Below, piece after piece: positions 19,090 to 28,252 of a stretch of DNA of 54,989 nucleotides. The stretch comes from Candidatus Omnitrophota bacterium. Its GTDB lineage: Bacteria; Omnitrophota; Omnitrophia; Omnitrophales; Aquincolibacteriaceae. The DNA lies in the NCBI GenBank assembly GCA_043803685.1, contig JAZDJU010000119.1, positions 1 to 54,989 of the forward strand, written 5' to 3'. The translations under genes were made by a program, and so were the position numbers. The notes beneath the pieces were generated by a model that worked only from the letters and a program-made list of their open reading frames with translations, ran no database searches and had not been told where the DNA came from. Numbering within the stretch: position 1 is the stretch's first letter; the number at the start of each line of letters is the position of its first letter.

Positions 19090-20532
19090 TCAGGCGGTTT
19101 TCGGGGCCTTGTTCGTGTGACTTCGTCCTTTGAAGAGAAATCCGAAAAGCGACAGGAGCGTGTCCCTGAACCCGTGCACCCTGATGACGGCCACGATCTT
19201 GCGCCACCGCAGGTAGGACCAGCAAAGCAGGATTTTCTGGAAAAAGACAAGCGTTGCGGGCGAATACCCGCTGACTTCCATGACGCCCGGGCCGTAGAAG
19301 TGATAGTTGTCCCAGTCCTCGGACAGGAGCTTCAGCCCGTGGCGGGCGTTCTTGGCCATGTCATAAAGCTCCGTTCCCGGGTACGGAATGGCAATACCGA
19401 GGGACGTGATATCCAGCGTATCGATCTTTCGGATGAACTCGGCCGTCTCGAACATTTCCTTGAAGGTCTCGGTGGGGTTGCCGATGATGGCCATGGCTTC
19501 GGCCGGTACTCCGACCTCTGCCGCCATGCGGAAAGCCTCGATCAGTTGCTCCTTAGTCTGGCTTTTTTTGATCAGTTTTAGGATGCGTTCGTTCCCGCTC
19601 TCGATCGCGATCCCGATGCGGACGAGACCGGCCTGCTTGAGCATCATCAGCTGCTCCCTGTCCAGGAGACTTGCGCGCGCGCCGACCCAAAGGGTGAATT
19701 TCCTGCCCGAATCAATGATCAGCCGGCAAAGGTCCAGAACGAATTTCCGGCTGATGTTGAAAGTGGAGTCGTAGAAATTGATGTGACTGATCCCGAAGGT
19801 GTCCTGAACATACTTCATTTCCGCGAATACGTATTCGGTCGAATGCAGACGGTGATTGTTCCCGCTGAGGATCTGCTCGGAGCAGAACACGCAATGGAAA
19901 GGACAGCCTCTCGACGCGGAAATCCCGGTCGACAGGACTCTCTCACCGCTCGGAAGCGTGGTCATGAACTGCTTGTAATCGAGAAGACTACGGTCGGCGA
20001 AAGGCAGAGCGTCCAGGTCCCGAACCAGCGTTCGCCCCGTGTTGACGACCTCACTCCCGTTCCTGAACAGAAGGCCCGGAATCTTTTTCAGTTTCTCGAT
20101 GCTCTTTTCCGGCAAAGTCCCGAGGAATTCGACAAAACCGTGGTCCGCTTCACCGAGGAATAGGTAATCCACGCTGTCGTGAAGCGCCTGCTCCCGGAGG
20201 GCCGTGATGTGGACGCCGCCCGCGACAAGAATGACATCCGGGATCCTCTCTTTGATGTAGCGGCACAACTGGACAAAATAATTGAAATTCAATGTGTTGA
20301 CCGAAAAACCGACCACGTCGTAGCGATTCTCCCTGATCCTGGCAATGTAATCGTCCTTTGTCAGGCCGTCAACGCACTGCTCGTCCAGGATCGTCACCCG
20401 GTGGCCCTTTTCCTTCGCTAGCGTTGCCATCTGGATGAGCCCCAGCGGCGGATTGATCATCTTCTTCTTGCCGAGCGCCACCAGCGCGGAGGCCATCGGT
20501 CCGTAGTACAGATTCACCAGAAATACGTTCAT
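19090..20532 (-). CDS. B12-binding radical SAM protein
   Basis: 480 aa; NPPLGLIQM, GGVHIT, GEAD, SRGCPFHCVFC, IESGN, PYPGT. Confidence 0.92.
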   Translation of the reverse strand: MNVFLVNLYYGPMASALVALGKKKMINPPLGLIQMATLAKEKGHRVTILDEQCVDGLTKDDYIARIRENRYDVVGFSVNTLNFNYFVQLCRYIKERIPDVILVAGGVHITALREQALHDSVDYLFLGEADHGFVEFLGTLPEKSIEKLKKIPGLLFRNGSEVVNTGRTLVRDLDALPFADRSLLDYKQFMTTLPSGERVLSTGISASRGCPFHCVFCSEQILSGNNHRLHSTEYVFAEMKYVQDTFGISHINFYDSTFNISRKFVLDLCRLIIDSGRKFTLWVGARASLLDREQLMMLKQAGLVRIGIAIESGNERILKLIKKSQTKEQLIEAFRMAAEVGVPAEAMAIIGNPTETFKEMFETAEFIRKIDTLDITSLGIAIPYPGTELYDMAKNARHGLKLLSEDWDNYHFYGPGVMEVSGYSPATLVFFQKILLCWSYLRWRKIVAVIRVHGFRDTLLSLFGFLFKGRSHTNKAPKTA

Positions 20533-21980
20533 GCGAATAACCCTTTGATGTAAGCGAGCGCCAACTGGAACGCGGATGACGCCATGGAAGGCAGTTGGGA
20601 CAGCCGCATCCCGGATAAAAAGCGTATGATTGTCCGTGGGCGAAAGTAAAACCTCATAAGCCCTTTGTTCCGGAGCCTTTGCAGATGGTCTTTAGGAAAA
20701 TGCTCTTCCCAATTCGAGGGAGTGAAATCCTCGCCAGTGAGGACCATTTTACGCCATGGCTCGTACTTGAGGAAACCTTTTCGGACCCCCTCGTCGAATA
20801 AGGGGGTGAAAGGGGTCGGATTCAGGGTGTTGATGTTGCAGTAGGTCGAGTCAAGGGAAAGCAGAAAGGAAATGTTCTTCTCGACATCCTGTTCGGTACG
20901 CTCGAATGGCTGCCCGATCATGAAATAAGCCATGGTCCTAAGTTTGAGCTCGTTGCACCAGCAGAACACCTGGCGGATCTCTTCCGTGGTCACGTCCTTG
21001 TGAAGATACCGGAGCCCTTCGTCCGTGCCGGTCTCAACCCCGAAGTTGATGAGGTAGCAGCCCGCCTCTTTCATCGCGGCGAGCGTTTCCCTGTCCATAC
21101 CACGGACTCTGGCTTTGCAGCACCAACTCGCGCGTGTCCCCCGCCGCTTGAGCTCATCGCAGAAATCCGTTACTTTCTTTTTCGTGATGTTGAAGGTGTC
21201 TTCCGCGAAGAAAAAGTCGGTGAACCCGTTTTTCTGGCAGTATTCAATTTCAGCAACGACATCCGCAGCGGTCCTCTGGCGGTACGGTTCGCGCCCCTGA
21301 GGACAGAACGTGCAATGGTACGGGCAGCCGCGCGAACTTATGATCGTGGTCATTTTCCGGTCAGCGGTCAGGATGTTCTTGTAGGAATGCTCCTGGACAA
21401 GCGACCTGTCAGGAAAAGGAAGCTGCGAAATGTCCCGTAAAAACCGGCGGTCCTGCCTCGCGTAGGTTTCGGCCGCCGAGGTCTGCCCGCGCGAGAAAAC
21501 CCCTTCCGCCGAGAAGTCCCGTCGTCCCTCCTTCAGGTTCCTAACCGCTTCTGCAAAGCTTAGTTCCCCCTCGCCAATGATGATGTAGTCGATGCTTTCG
21601 TGGTGCAGTGTTTCGACCGGGTAATAGGACAGGTGGTGACCGCCCAATATCACGACCGTTTTTAAATCGATCTCTTTGACGATGCGGCTGACCTTTAACG
21701 AATCGATGAATGTGTGCGTGTAGGCAGCAATGCCAACGATATCCGGAGCAAAAGCCCGGATCCGCTCGCGAAGTTCCGCATAAGGCATGTCAGGCGACGC
21801 GGCGTCCACTACCTTGAGCTCGATGTCGGGCTGACTTTTTTTTAGGAAAGTAGCGATGTAAAGAAGTCCGAGTGGCTGATAATAGCCGACATCCTTGATG
21901 CCGAGGGTCCATCCCGACTGCGCGTTCAGAAAGTGCTCCTGAGACGGATTGATAAGCATCACTCGTGTCGTGCGCGTCAT
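20529..21980 (-). CDS. B12-binding radical SAM protein
   Basis: Start placed at ATG 21980 (ATGA overlap); VMLINP, QPLGLLYI, GGHH, GEGE, SRGCPYHCTFC, FGVETG. Confidence 0.92.
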   Translation of the reverse strand: MTRTTRVMLINPSQEHFLNAQSGWTLGIKDVGYYQPLGLLYIATFLKKSQPDIELKVVDAASPDMPYAELRERIRAFAPDIVGIAAYTHTFIDSLKVSRIVKEIDLKTVVILGGHHLSYYPVETLHHESIDYIIIGEGELSFAEAVRNLKEGRRDFSAEGVFSRGQTSAAETYARQDRRFLRDISQLPFPDRSLVQEHSYKNILTADRKMTTIISSRGCPYHCTFCPQGREPYRQRTAADVVAEIEYCQKNGFTDFFFAEDTFNITKKKVTDFCDELKRRGTRASWCCKARVRGMDRETLAAMKEAGCYLINFGVETGTDEGLRYLHKDVTTEEIRQVFCWCNELKLRTMAYFMIGQPFERTEQDVEKNISFLLSLDSTYCNINTLNPTPFTPLFDEGVRKGFLKYEPWRKMVLTGEDFTPSNWEEHFPKDHLQRLRNKGLMRFYFRPRTIIRFLSGMRLSQLPSMASSAFQLALAYIKGLFA

Positions 21981-23401
21981 TTTCCAACCTTTGCCGTGAG
22001 GATGTTCATGAAAGCCCTCGCGTAGGATTTGAACTGTCCAAAGCTGCGCAGGGCGGTAAGGCGTCCCCAAATAAACACGGGGTTCAGGTAGAATCCTCTC
22101 ACGGCCCGCTTGAATGCGTCCTGGAGATACTCCTCGGTCAGGTCATTTTGCGTGAAGAAAACCATATTCGAGACAGCGCAGTTGTTGTAATCATTCCACA
22201 GTTCCTCGCGTATGTGAACATGGGTCTCGTTCTTCAGGGCCTCCGCGATGGCCGTTCCGGGCAAAGGTTTTGTTAGCTCAAAGCTGACAAAGTCGGGGCG
22301 GATTTCCCGCGAGAACTGAAGGGTTTTCTCGATAGAGGCGCGCGTGTCGCCGGGAAGATTGAGCATGAAAAAAGCCGACCGTGTGATGCCCGCTTCTTTA
22401 CTCCAGCGAAAGGCGTTCCGGACCTGTTCGAGCGTGATCCCCTTGCGGATCTTCTTCAGAACCTCTTCGTCCCCCGACTCCACGCCGAAGCTGATGCTGA
22501 AGCAGCCCGCCTGCTTCATTTCAAAAAGCATCTCCCGCGTCACGGTATTCACCCGCGAGTTGCATTTCCACTTGATATTGATCTTCCGCGATATAAGAAG
22601 CCGGCAAATCTCGGAGACGCGCGTATTGTCCACGGTAAACGTGTCGTCGTAGAAATTGATCTCGCGGAAGCCGAAGCGTTCTTTGAGCTCCGCGATCTCG
22701 TCGACGAGGCGCGCCGCGCTCATGTAGCGCAGGGTGTTCCCGAACATGTTCTTGTTGCAGAACACGCAGTTAAAGGGGCATCCCCGGCTGCTCAAAAAGG
22801 CCAGGCTGGGCAGATAAATGAACGTGCCCGGCGTCGGCATATAACGCTCGTAGTGGAAGAGTTCGACCGGAAGACGCGACAGGGTGTCCATGTCCTGAAG
22901 AAAGGGCCTTGGCTCCGTCTCCACGACACGGCCTTCCGAGCGAAAGCATAGCCCTTTCACATCCCGCAGGGGTCTGAGGCCGTCCATGGCGTCGAGGAGC
23001 TCGTGGCAGGTGACTTCCCCCTCCCCGATGACGAGATAATCATAAGACGGGCTTTCGCTGAAGATCGCGCCTTTCAGAATAGTGGGATGCGGACCTCCCG
23101 CAATGACAGGGATGCCGGGATAGCGCGCTTTCAGCGCAGCCGCAAGGCCGGCGGACGCATTGGCGGTCGGGGTCATTACGCTCAGACCGAAGACATCGGG
23201 CTTAAATTCTTCTATCACATCCCACAGGTCCGTCTCCTCGACCTGAAAATCGTAGATCCTGACGTCATGGCCTTTGCCGATGAGGTTCGCAGCCACGTAC
23301 GCGATGCCGAGCGGGATCGCCGTGCCATAGCCTTTCCGGCACACAAGCGTGTGCTGGGCGCTGGACTCGAACGTCGGGTGGATCAAAAGGATCTTCTTCA
23401 T
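21977..23401 (-). CDS. B12-binding radical SAM protein
   Basis: 474 aa; ILLIHP, IPLGIAYVAA, GGPHPT, GEGE, SRGCPFNCVFC, FGVESG, PLPGT. Confidence 0.92.
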   Translation of the reverse strand: MKKILLIHPTFESSAQHTLVCRKGYGTAIPLGIAYVAANLIGKGHDVRIYDFQVEETDLWDVIEEFKPDVFGLSVMTPTANASAGLAAALKARYPGIPVIAGGPHPTILKGAIFSESPSYDYLVIGEGEVTCHELLDAMDGLRPLRDVKGLCFRSEGRVVETEPRPFLQDMDTLSRLPVELFHYERYMPTPGTFIYLPSLAFLSSRGCPFNCVFCNKNMFGNTLRYMSAARLVDEIAELKERFGFREINFYDDTFTVDNTRVSEICRLLISRKINIKWKCNSRVNTVTREMLFEMKQAGCFSISFGVESGDEEVLKKIRKGITLEQVRNAFRWSKEAGITRSAFFMLNLPGDTRASIEKTLQFSREIRPDFVSFELTKPLPGTAIAEALKNETHVHIREELWNDYNNCAVSNMVFFTQNDLTEEYLQDAFKRAVRGFYLNPVFIWGRLTALRSFGQFKSYARAFMNILTAKVGK

Positions 23402-25002
23402 GAGTGTCGTTCTTGGCTGTGTTTTACGGGTGACCTATCAAGTTTACTCCGGAGGGCCGGGTGAAATCCCGCTAATAATTTAGCCAGTCCATACGGCAAG
23501 GAAAGCGTCGTACCGGTCAGGACACTGTTGATCGCTCTCAACCCAAAACTGTACATGAACGCAAGTTGATAGATGAAACGTGAATGGAAAGCACTTTTGT
23601 GCAAACGGTCACGGAATGACTTTACCAGACGATCTCCTAACTTTTTGGGGACCTGGCCTATGATCTGGAGCAGGCATAGATAAGCGTCGTACCTGCTAAC
23701 TTCCGAATAGCCGAAGGATGTCTGATCCGCTTTGATGAGACCTTCCTGGATGAGCTTTTGCGTCAATTTCGTTCCCGGAAAATTAGATAAGTTGCTGATG
23801 CTGACCGAGAACGGACGGGGGATCCTGTTGAGATTGGTAAGCGTCTCGATCCTGTCCGCTTCATTTTCCGCCGGCAGTCCTACGATGATATCCATAGTCG
23901 GTGGCAGCAACCGATCCCGGTAATCCGTCAGGATCTCAAGCTTGCTGATGATCACATCAAAATCCGAGAATCGGGAATAATAATCCCTTAGGACTCTCCG
24001 GCTTCCGCTTTGGATCCCCAGAATGATCTTGCATAAGCCCGCGCCGACCAAAAGATCCATCTTCTGCTTGTCGATGAGGTTTGGAATAACGCCGGCCAGG
24101 GCGAACGGAAGTCCAATCTCCTTCTTATATTTTTCGGAGAACCCTCGAATGAAGTCCAGGGGTAAATTCAAAAAACTATCGTCCAGAATGTCGACAAAAT
24201 CAAAATAGGGATGCTGGCGGATGATCTCTTTGATCATGTTGATGATGTAATCGACCGAATGATGGCGTTTTTTGATGGAGTTCTTATCCAGGGAATACAG
24301 GACGTCGTTGTGGCAGTAAGCGCAGGCATAGGGACATCCGTATGAACACATGATGCGCATCGCGGTGCTGAAATATTTTTTGTAGTCTCCGGCTGTCGCT
24401 TTTCTCAGCCGGGTCGATTCCACGAGGTACATATCCTCCGTCGAGTAGTCATAGGGCGGATACTGATCCAGCTGAAAATTCAGCGGCCTCTGAGGATTGG
24501 TGACATTCTGGCCCGAAAGATCCTTGATCCATAAATTCTTGATGTGATAACGGTCGACGCTCGCGGAATCGATCGAAGCGGCCAGTTCCAGCAGCGCCTC
24601 CTCCCCGTCGCCCCTGCAAATAAAATCGATATACTTCTTTTGGATGCATTCCTCCGGAAAAGCGGTCGGATGGAATCCCCCCATGCCGATCCATTTATCC
24701 GGATGGGCGGATTTGAGAGCCTCGGCGAGAGTGAAAGCGTTTTTCAGACAGTAATTGACGGACATGGTGCTGATGCCGATGAGATCGTCATCTTTTACAA
24801 GATCAATGATATCTGTCACCGCTTGATCCGCGACGCCATGGCTGTCCATATCATCAAGTGAAAGCAAGACGCTGATATAGCCGCCTTTTACGATAAAAAC
24901 GGTCTGTACGGTATGCCCCGCCTGTCTGAGAACGCTCGATAATCGGCGAACTCCCAGGGACCAGAAGTCGTTGTTTGTGGATATCAGCGTTATCCTAGCC
25001 AT
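23398..25002 (-). CDS. B12-binding radical SAM protein
   Basis: 534 aa; SLGVRRLSSVL, GGFHPT, GDGEE, SYGCPYACAYC, GIQSGS, FPGT. Confidence 0.9.
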   Translation of the reverse strand: MARITLISTNNDFWSLGVRRLSSVLRQAGHTVQTVFIVKGGYISVLLSLDDMDSHGVADQAVTDIIDLVKDDDLIGISTMSVNYCLKNAFTLAEALKSAHPDKWIGMGGFHPTAFPEECIQKKYIDFICRGDGEEALLELAASIDSASVDRYHIKNLWIKDLSGQNVTNPQRPLNFQLDQYPPYDYSTEDMYLVESTRLRKATAGDYKKYFSTAMRIMCSYGCPYACAYCHNDVLYSLDKNSIKKRHHSVDYIINMIKEIIRQHPYFDFVDILDDSFLNLPLDFIRGFSEKYKKEIGLPFALAGVIPNLIDKQKMDLLVGAGLCKIILGIQSGSRRVLRDYYSRFSDFDVIISKLEILTDYRDRLLPPTMDIIVGLPAENEADRIETLTNLNRIPRPFSVSISNLSNFPGTKLTQKLIQEGLIKADQTSFGYSEVSRYDAYLCLLQIIGQVPKKLGDRLVKSFRDRLHKSAFHSRFIYQLAFMYSFGLRAINSVLTGTTLSLPYGLAKLLAGFHPALRSKLDRSPVKHSQERHS

Positions 25003-25159
25003 GCGGGCTCCAGCGATTCCGGAAAATTAAGAGTGAACGGCACGGGCCGATCTTTTCAGAAAAGGTTTGAGACGCCGTGAGTCTGTTAAGAACAGATTGA
25101 GTTAAACTACCGCTAAAATGTTTATGTGGCATAAAGTAATGTTCGCCTGAAGGAAAAAC

Positions 25160-26734
25160 TCAATCTTTTTTGGTAAAGGCTGCGCCGTAGCCCGGCTTGA
25201 GGGTGCCCGCCTTGGTCACTCCCATATAAAAAATGACCCAGGCGACGCCGAAAAAGTTTTTCAGCATCCGCATAAAGAACAGGAGCGACTCGAGATCGCG
25301 GAGCTTCCTCAACAGGATCAGCGGATCGACCAAGGTCCTTGCGATCCTTGACCGAAGCAGCTGTTTGAACGCGTCGTCAAAATACAGTGAAAGTTCCTCC
25401 GCAGTGCAGTCCCTGCTTCTGCAGAGCGTGCGGAAACCGCTCATCGTAACACCGAAATTCTTGTAATTCCAAAGCGTGACCGGAATAAGTTCCTCTTTTC
25501 GCATGATCTCGTAGACATCGGTCCCGGGATATGGCGTCAGAAGCAGGAAGTTCACGAAGTCCGAATAGGTTCCGATGGCATAGCGGATGGTCGTCTGGAT
25601 CTGCTCGCGAGTCTCATAGGGAAATCCGATAATGAACGTGGACTGGATCCAAAACCCGAGCGAGGAGGCAATTTTAATGGCGTCATCGGCTTTCTCAAGG
25701 TCGAGGCCTTTTCGTATGAATTGCTGCGTATCCGGATGCCCGGATTCCATGCCGAAACAAACTTTGTAGCAGCCGGCTTTTTTCATCAGGGCCAGGACTT
25801 CCGCGTCGAGGGTCCAGATCGCGAGACCGGTGGGACAAGCCCAGCGGATATTGAGCTTACGGTCAAGAATGCCCTGGCATATTTCGGCGAAACGTTTCCG
25901 GTCCACGGAAATATTGTCGTCCAGAAAATGGATCTCGCGGATGCCGTGTTCCTTGACCAGATACTCGACCTCGTCTAGCACATTCGCGCTGGAACGCGCG
26001 ACCCACCGGTTATGCCAAACATTATGAGCCGCGCAATAAACACAGCGTTTCGGGCATCCCCGGCTTGTGTAGACCGTGGTATAAGGATGACGCATGATGT
26101 AGTTATCCGCCTCGTTCTCAGCGACGGCGGAGTAGAGCTTTAGATCGACGAGATGTCTCGCCGGCATGGGCAGCGCGTCGAGATCCAGGATGCGTTCGCG
26201 CGGTTTCGTACGGGTCAGGACGCCGTCCTTACCTTTAAAGACCAAACCCGCCACTTGCCCGGGATCAACCCCGCTTTTCAGGGCCTCAAGGAGTTCGAGG
26301 ATCGTCTGTTCACCCTCGCCCAGAACGATGTAGTCGATATTGGCATCCTCAAGGACATTGTCAGGCAGTGTCGAAGCGTGGATACCGCCCATGATGACTT
26401 TGACGTCCGGAGACCAGCGTTTACAGGCGGATGCGGCTTCGTGCGCGTCGCGGGAAAAGGCCGTGAACATGTTGCTGATGCCGATAATGTCCGGTTTCCG
26501 CGTCTCAAGCTCGCGTTGAAGCTCCGAAGGATTGAGGCCGAAGCGCTTGCCTCCGTCGGAAACAGCCTCGGCACGGCAGGTGTTCTGAGCCATACAGTCC
26601 AGGACTTCCACGGTATGGCCGGCCCGTTCGCAGACGGCGGCGATATACAAAAGGCCGAGAGGAGGCCTGACCTGTGGCACGGTCACGTCTTCGCCAAACA
26701 CGGTCATCGGAGGATAGATCAGAAGGATCTTCAT
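25160..26734 (-). CDS. B12-binding radical SAM protein
   Basis: 524 aa; MKILLIYPP, PPLGLLYIAA, GGIHAS, GEGE, SRGCPKRCVYC, FGMESG, PYPGT. Confidence 0.92.
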   Translation of the reverse strand: MKILLIYPPMTVFGEDVTVPQVRPPLGLLYIAAVCERAGHTVEVLDCMAQNTCRAEAVSDGGKRFGLNPSELQRELETRKPDIIGISNMFTAFSRDAHEAASACKRWSPDVKVIMGGIHASTLPDNVLEDANIDYIVLGEGEQTILELLEALKSGVDPGQVAGLVFKGKDGVLTRTKPRERILDLDALPMPARHLVDLKLYSAVAENEADNYIMRHPYTTVYTSRGCPKRCVYCAAHNVWHNRWVARSSANVLDEVEYLVKEHGIREIHFLDDNISVDRKRFAEICQGILDRKLNIRWACPTGLAIWTLDAEVLALMKKAGCYKVCFGMESGHPDTQQFIRKGLDLEKADDAIKIASSLGFWIQSTFIIGFPYETREQIQTTIRYAIGTYSDFVNFLLLTPYPGTDVYEIMRKEELIPVTLWNYKNFGVTMSGFRTLCRSRDCTAEELSLYFDDAFKQLLRSRIARTLVDPLILLRKLRDLESLLFFMRMLKNFFGVAWVIFYMGVTKAGTLKPGYGAAFTKKD

Positions 26735-26746
26735 AGGGGCCGGAGA

Positions 26747-28252
26747 TCAGTTGCGGCGGTAATAATGCCGCCGCCCCAAGGTGACTTTGAACATCTGGTT
26801 AAAGAACATCTTCACGAAGATCCTGTCAACGGTGTCCATGCCAAAGATCCGGATCAAATAGATCAGAAATGGATTTAAGCGGACCAATATCTTGTCCAGT
26901 CCTCTGCGGCGCACCCAGTCGATCTGCGGGCCACTCATAAAGGCGCAGAGCCGGTACAGAACATTGTACCTTTCGGCTATCCTCTGCTTCTCTTTACTGC
27001 GGATGGATCCGCCGTCCGTCTGACACCCTTCGAGGCCCTGCTCGATATTGCGGATGTCGTCCACGCTTATACTGCCTTCGCAGATGGAGTGGTCCACGAT
27101 CTGTGTTTTGGGCAGGAACGAAAGCGTGAGAGCGCTGACGCGGCTCAGATGCTTCTTCCCCTTCAGGAAGTCGACGGTCTTTTCGTAGGTTGAAACATCG
27201 TCTCCTGGCAGGCCGAAGATGAAATCCAGTTCGTATTTGATCCCGTATTTTTCGAGAAGCGCGATCGCTTTGCCGATGTCCTCATTGCTTTCCGGGCGGT
27301 TGAGGATGTCTTTGCGCGTCTGCGGGTTCATGCTTTCGATCCCGACTTGGATCCATTTGCAGCCGGCCTCCTTGATCAGCTGAACGGCCCTTTCCTTGAG
27401 GCAGAGCGGATGCGCCAGGCAAAAGAACGGTTTATTGATGTGCTTGAGGTAAAGCGGCGTGAAAGTTTCCAGCCAAGCGATATCGTGCGTGAAAATATCG
27501 TCATAGATCCTGACGAATTCGTAACTGTAGAGCTCCTTGAAATGACGAAGCTCCTCGACGAATCGCTCGGGGCTTTTGCGCCGGACATAGCAGCCCTTCC
27601 CTTTGTAATTTTCTTTAAGGACGTTATGAGAACAGTAGGTGCACTGGTAGACGCATCCCCGCTGGGACATGGTCAGCAGGCTATCGTTCATGTTCAGATA
27701 GGGCTCAAAGATAGCGCGGTCGGGGAACGGAAGCGAGTCGAGGTCCTCCGTCAAATGACGGAGCGGGTTCTGGATGACTTGGCCGTCACGTTTGAACCAG
27801 ATGTCCTGGATGGCCGTGTTCAGCGTCCGGGCACCGATAGAGTCCGCGAGTTCCCCGATCGCCTGTTCTCCCTCCCCGGCGCAGACCATATCGAAGAACG
27901 GTTCGGTGATAATGACTTCGGGGATCATGATGGCATGTGGCCCGCCAACGATGATCGGAACATCGGGCAGGACTTCTTTGAGCCCTTTCCCGATATCCCT
28001 GGCCCATGGGTACGTGATGGTGACCGTCGAGATGCCAATCAGGTCCGGCTTCCAGCCGGTGACGGAGAGAATCAGCTCTCTACGCATGGAAAAAAGTTTT
28101 TCCGCAGATTCAAAATTGAAAACCACGCGATCGTTCAGAAGCGACGGATCCATAAAAAGCCGGGTCTCGTGGCCCCGGGCCTTCAGGCAGGCGGAGATGT
28201 ATTGGAGGCCGATCTGTTCGGAACCGTTGCATATCAGAGCGACTTTGCTCAT
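26747..28252 (-). CDS. B12-binding radical SAM protein
   Basis: Start placed at ATG 28252 (MSKVALI, ATGA overlap); EQIGLQYISA, GGPH, GEGE, QRGCVYQCTYC, GIES. Confidence 0.92.
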   Translation of the reverse strand: MSKVALICNGSEQIGLQYISACLKARGHETRLFMDPSLLNDRVVFNFESAEKLFSMRRELILSVTGWKPDLIGISTVTITYPWARDIGKGLKEVLPDVPIIVGGPHAIMIPEVIITEPFFDMVCAGEGEQAIGELADSIGARTLNTAIQDIWFKRDGQVIQNPLRHLTEDLDSLPFPDRAIFEPYLNMNDSLLTMSQRGCVYQCTYCSHNVLKENYKGKGCYVRRKSPERFVEELRHFKELYSYEFVRIYDDIFTHDIAWLETFTPLYLKHINKPFFCLAHPLCLKERAVQLIKEAGCKWIQVGIESMNPQTRKDILNRPESNEDIGKAIALLEKYGIKYELDFIFGLPGDDVSTYEKTVDFLKGKKHLSRVSALTLSFLPKTQIVDHSICEGSISVDDIRNIEQGLEGCQTDGGSIRSKEKQRIAERYNVLYRLCAFMSGPQIDWVRRRGLDKILVRLNPFLIYLIRIFGMDTVDRIFVKMFFNQMFKVTLGRRHYYRRN

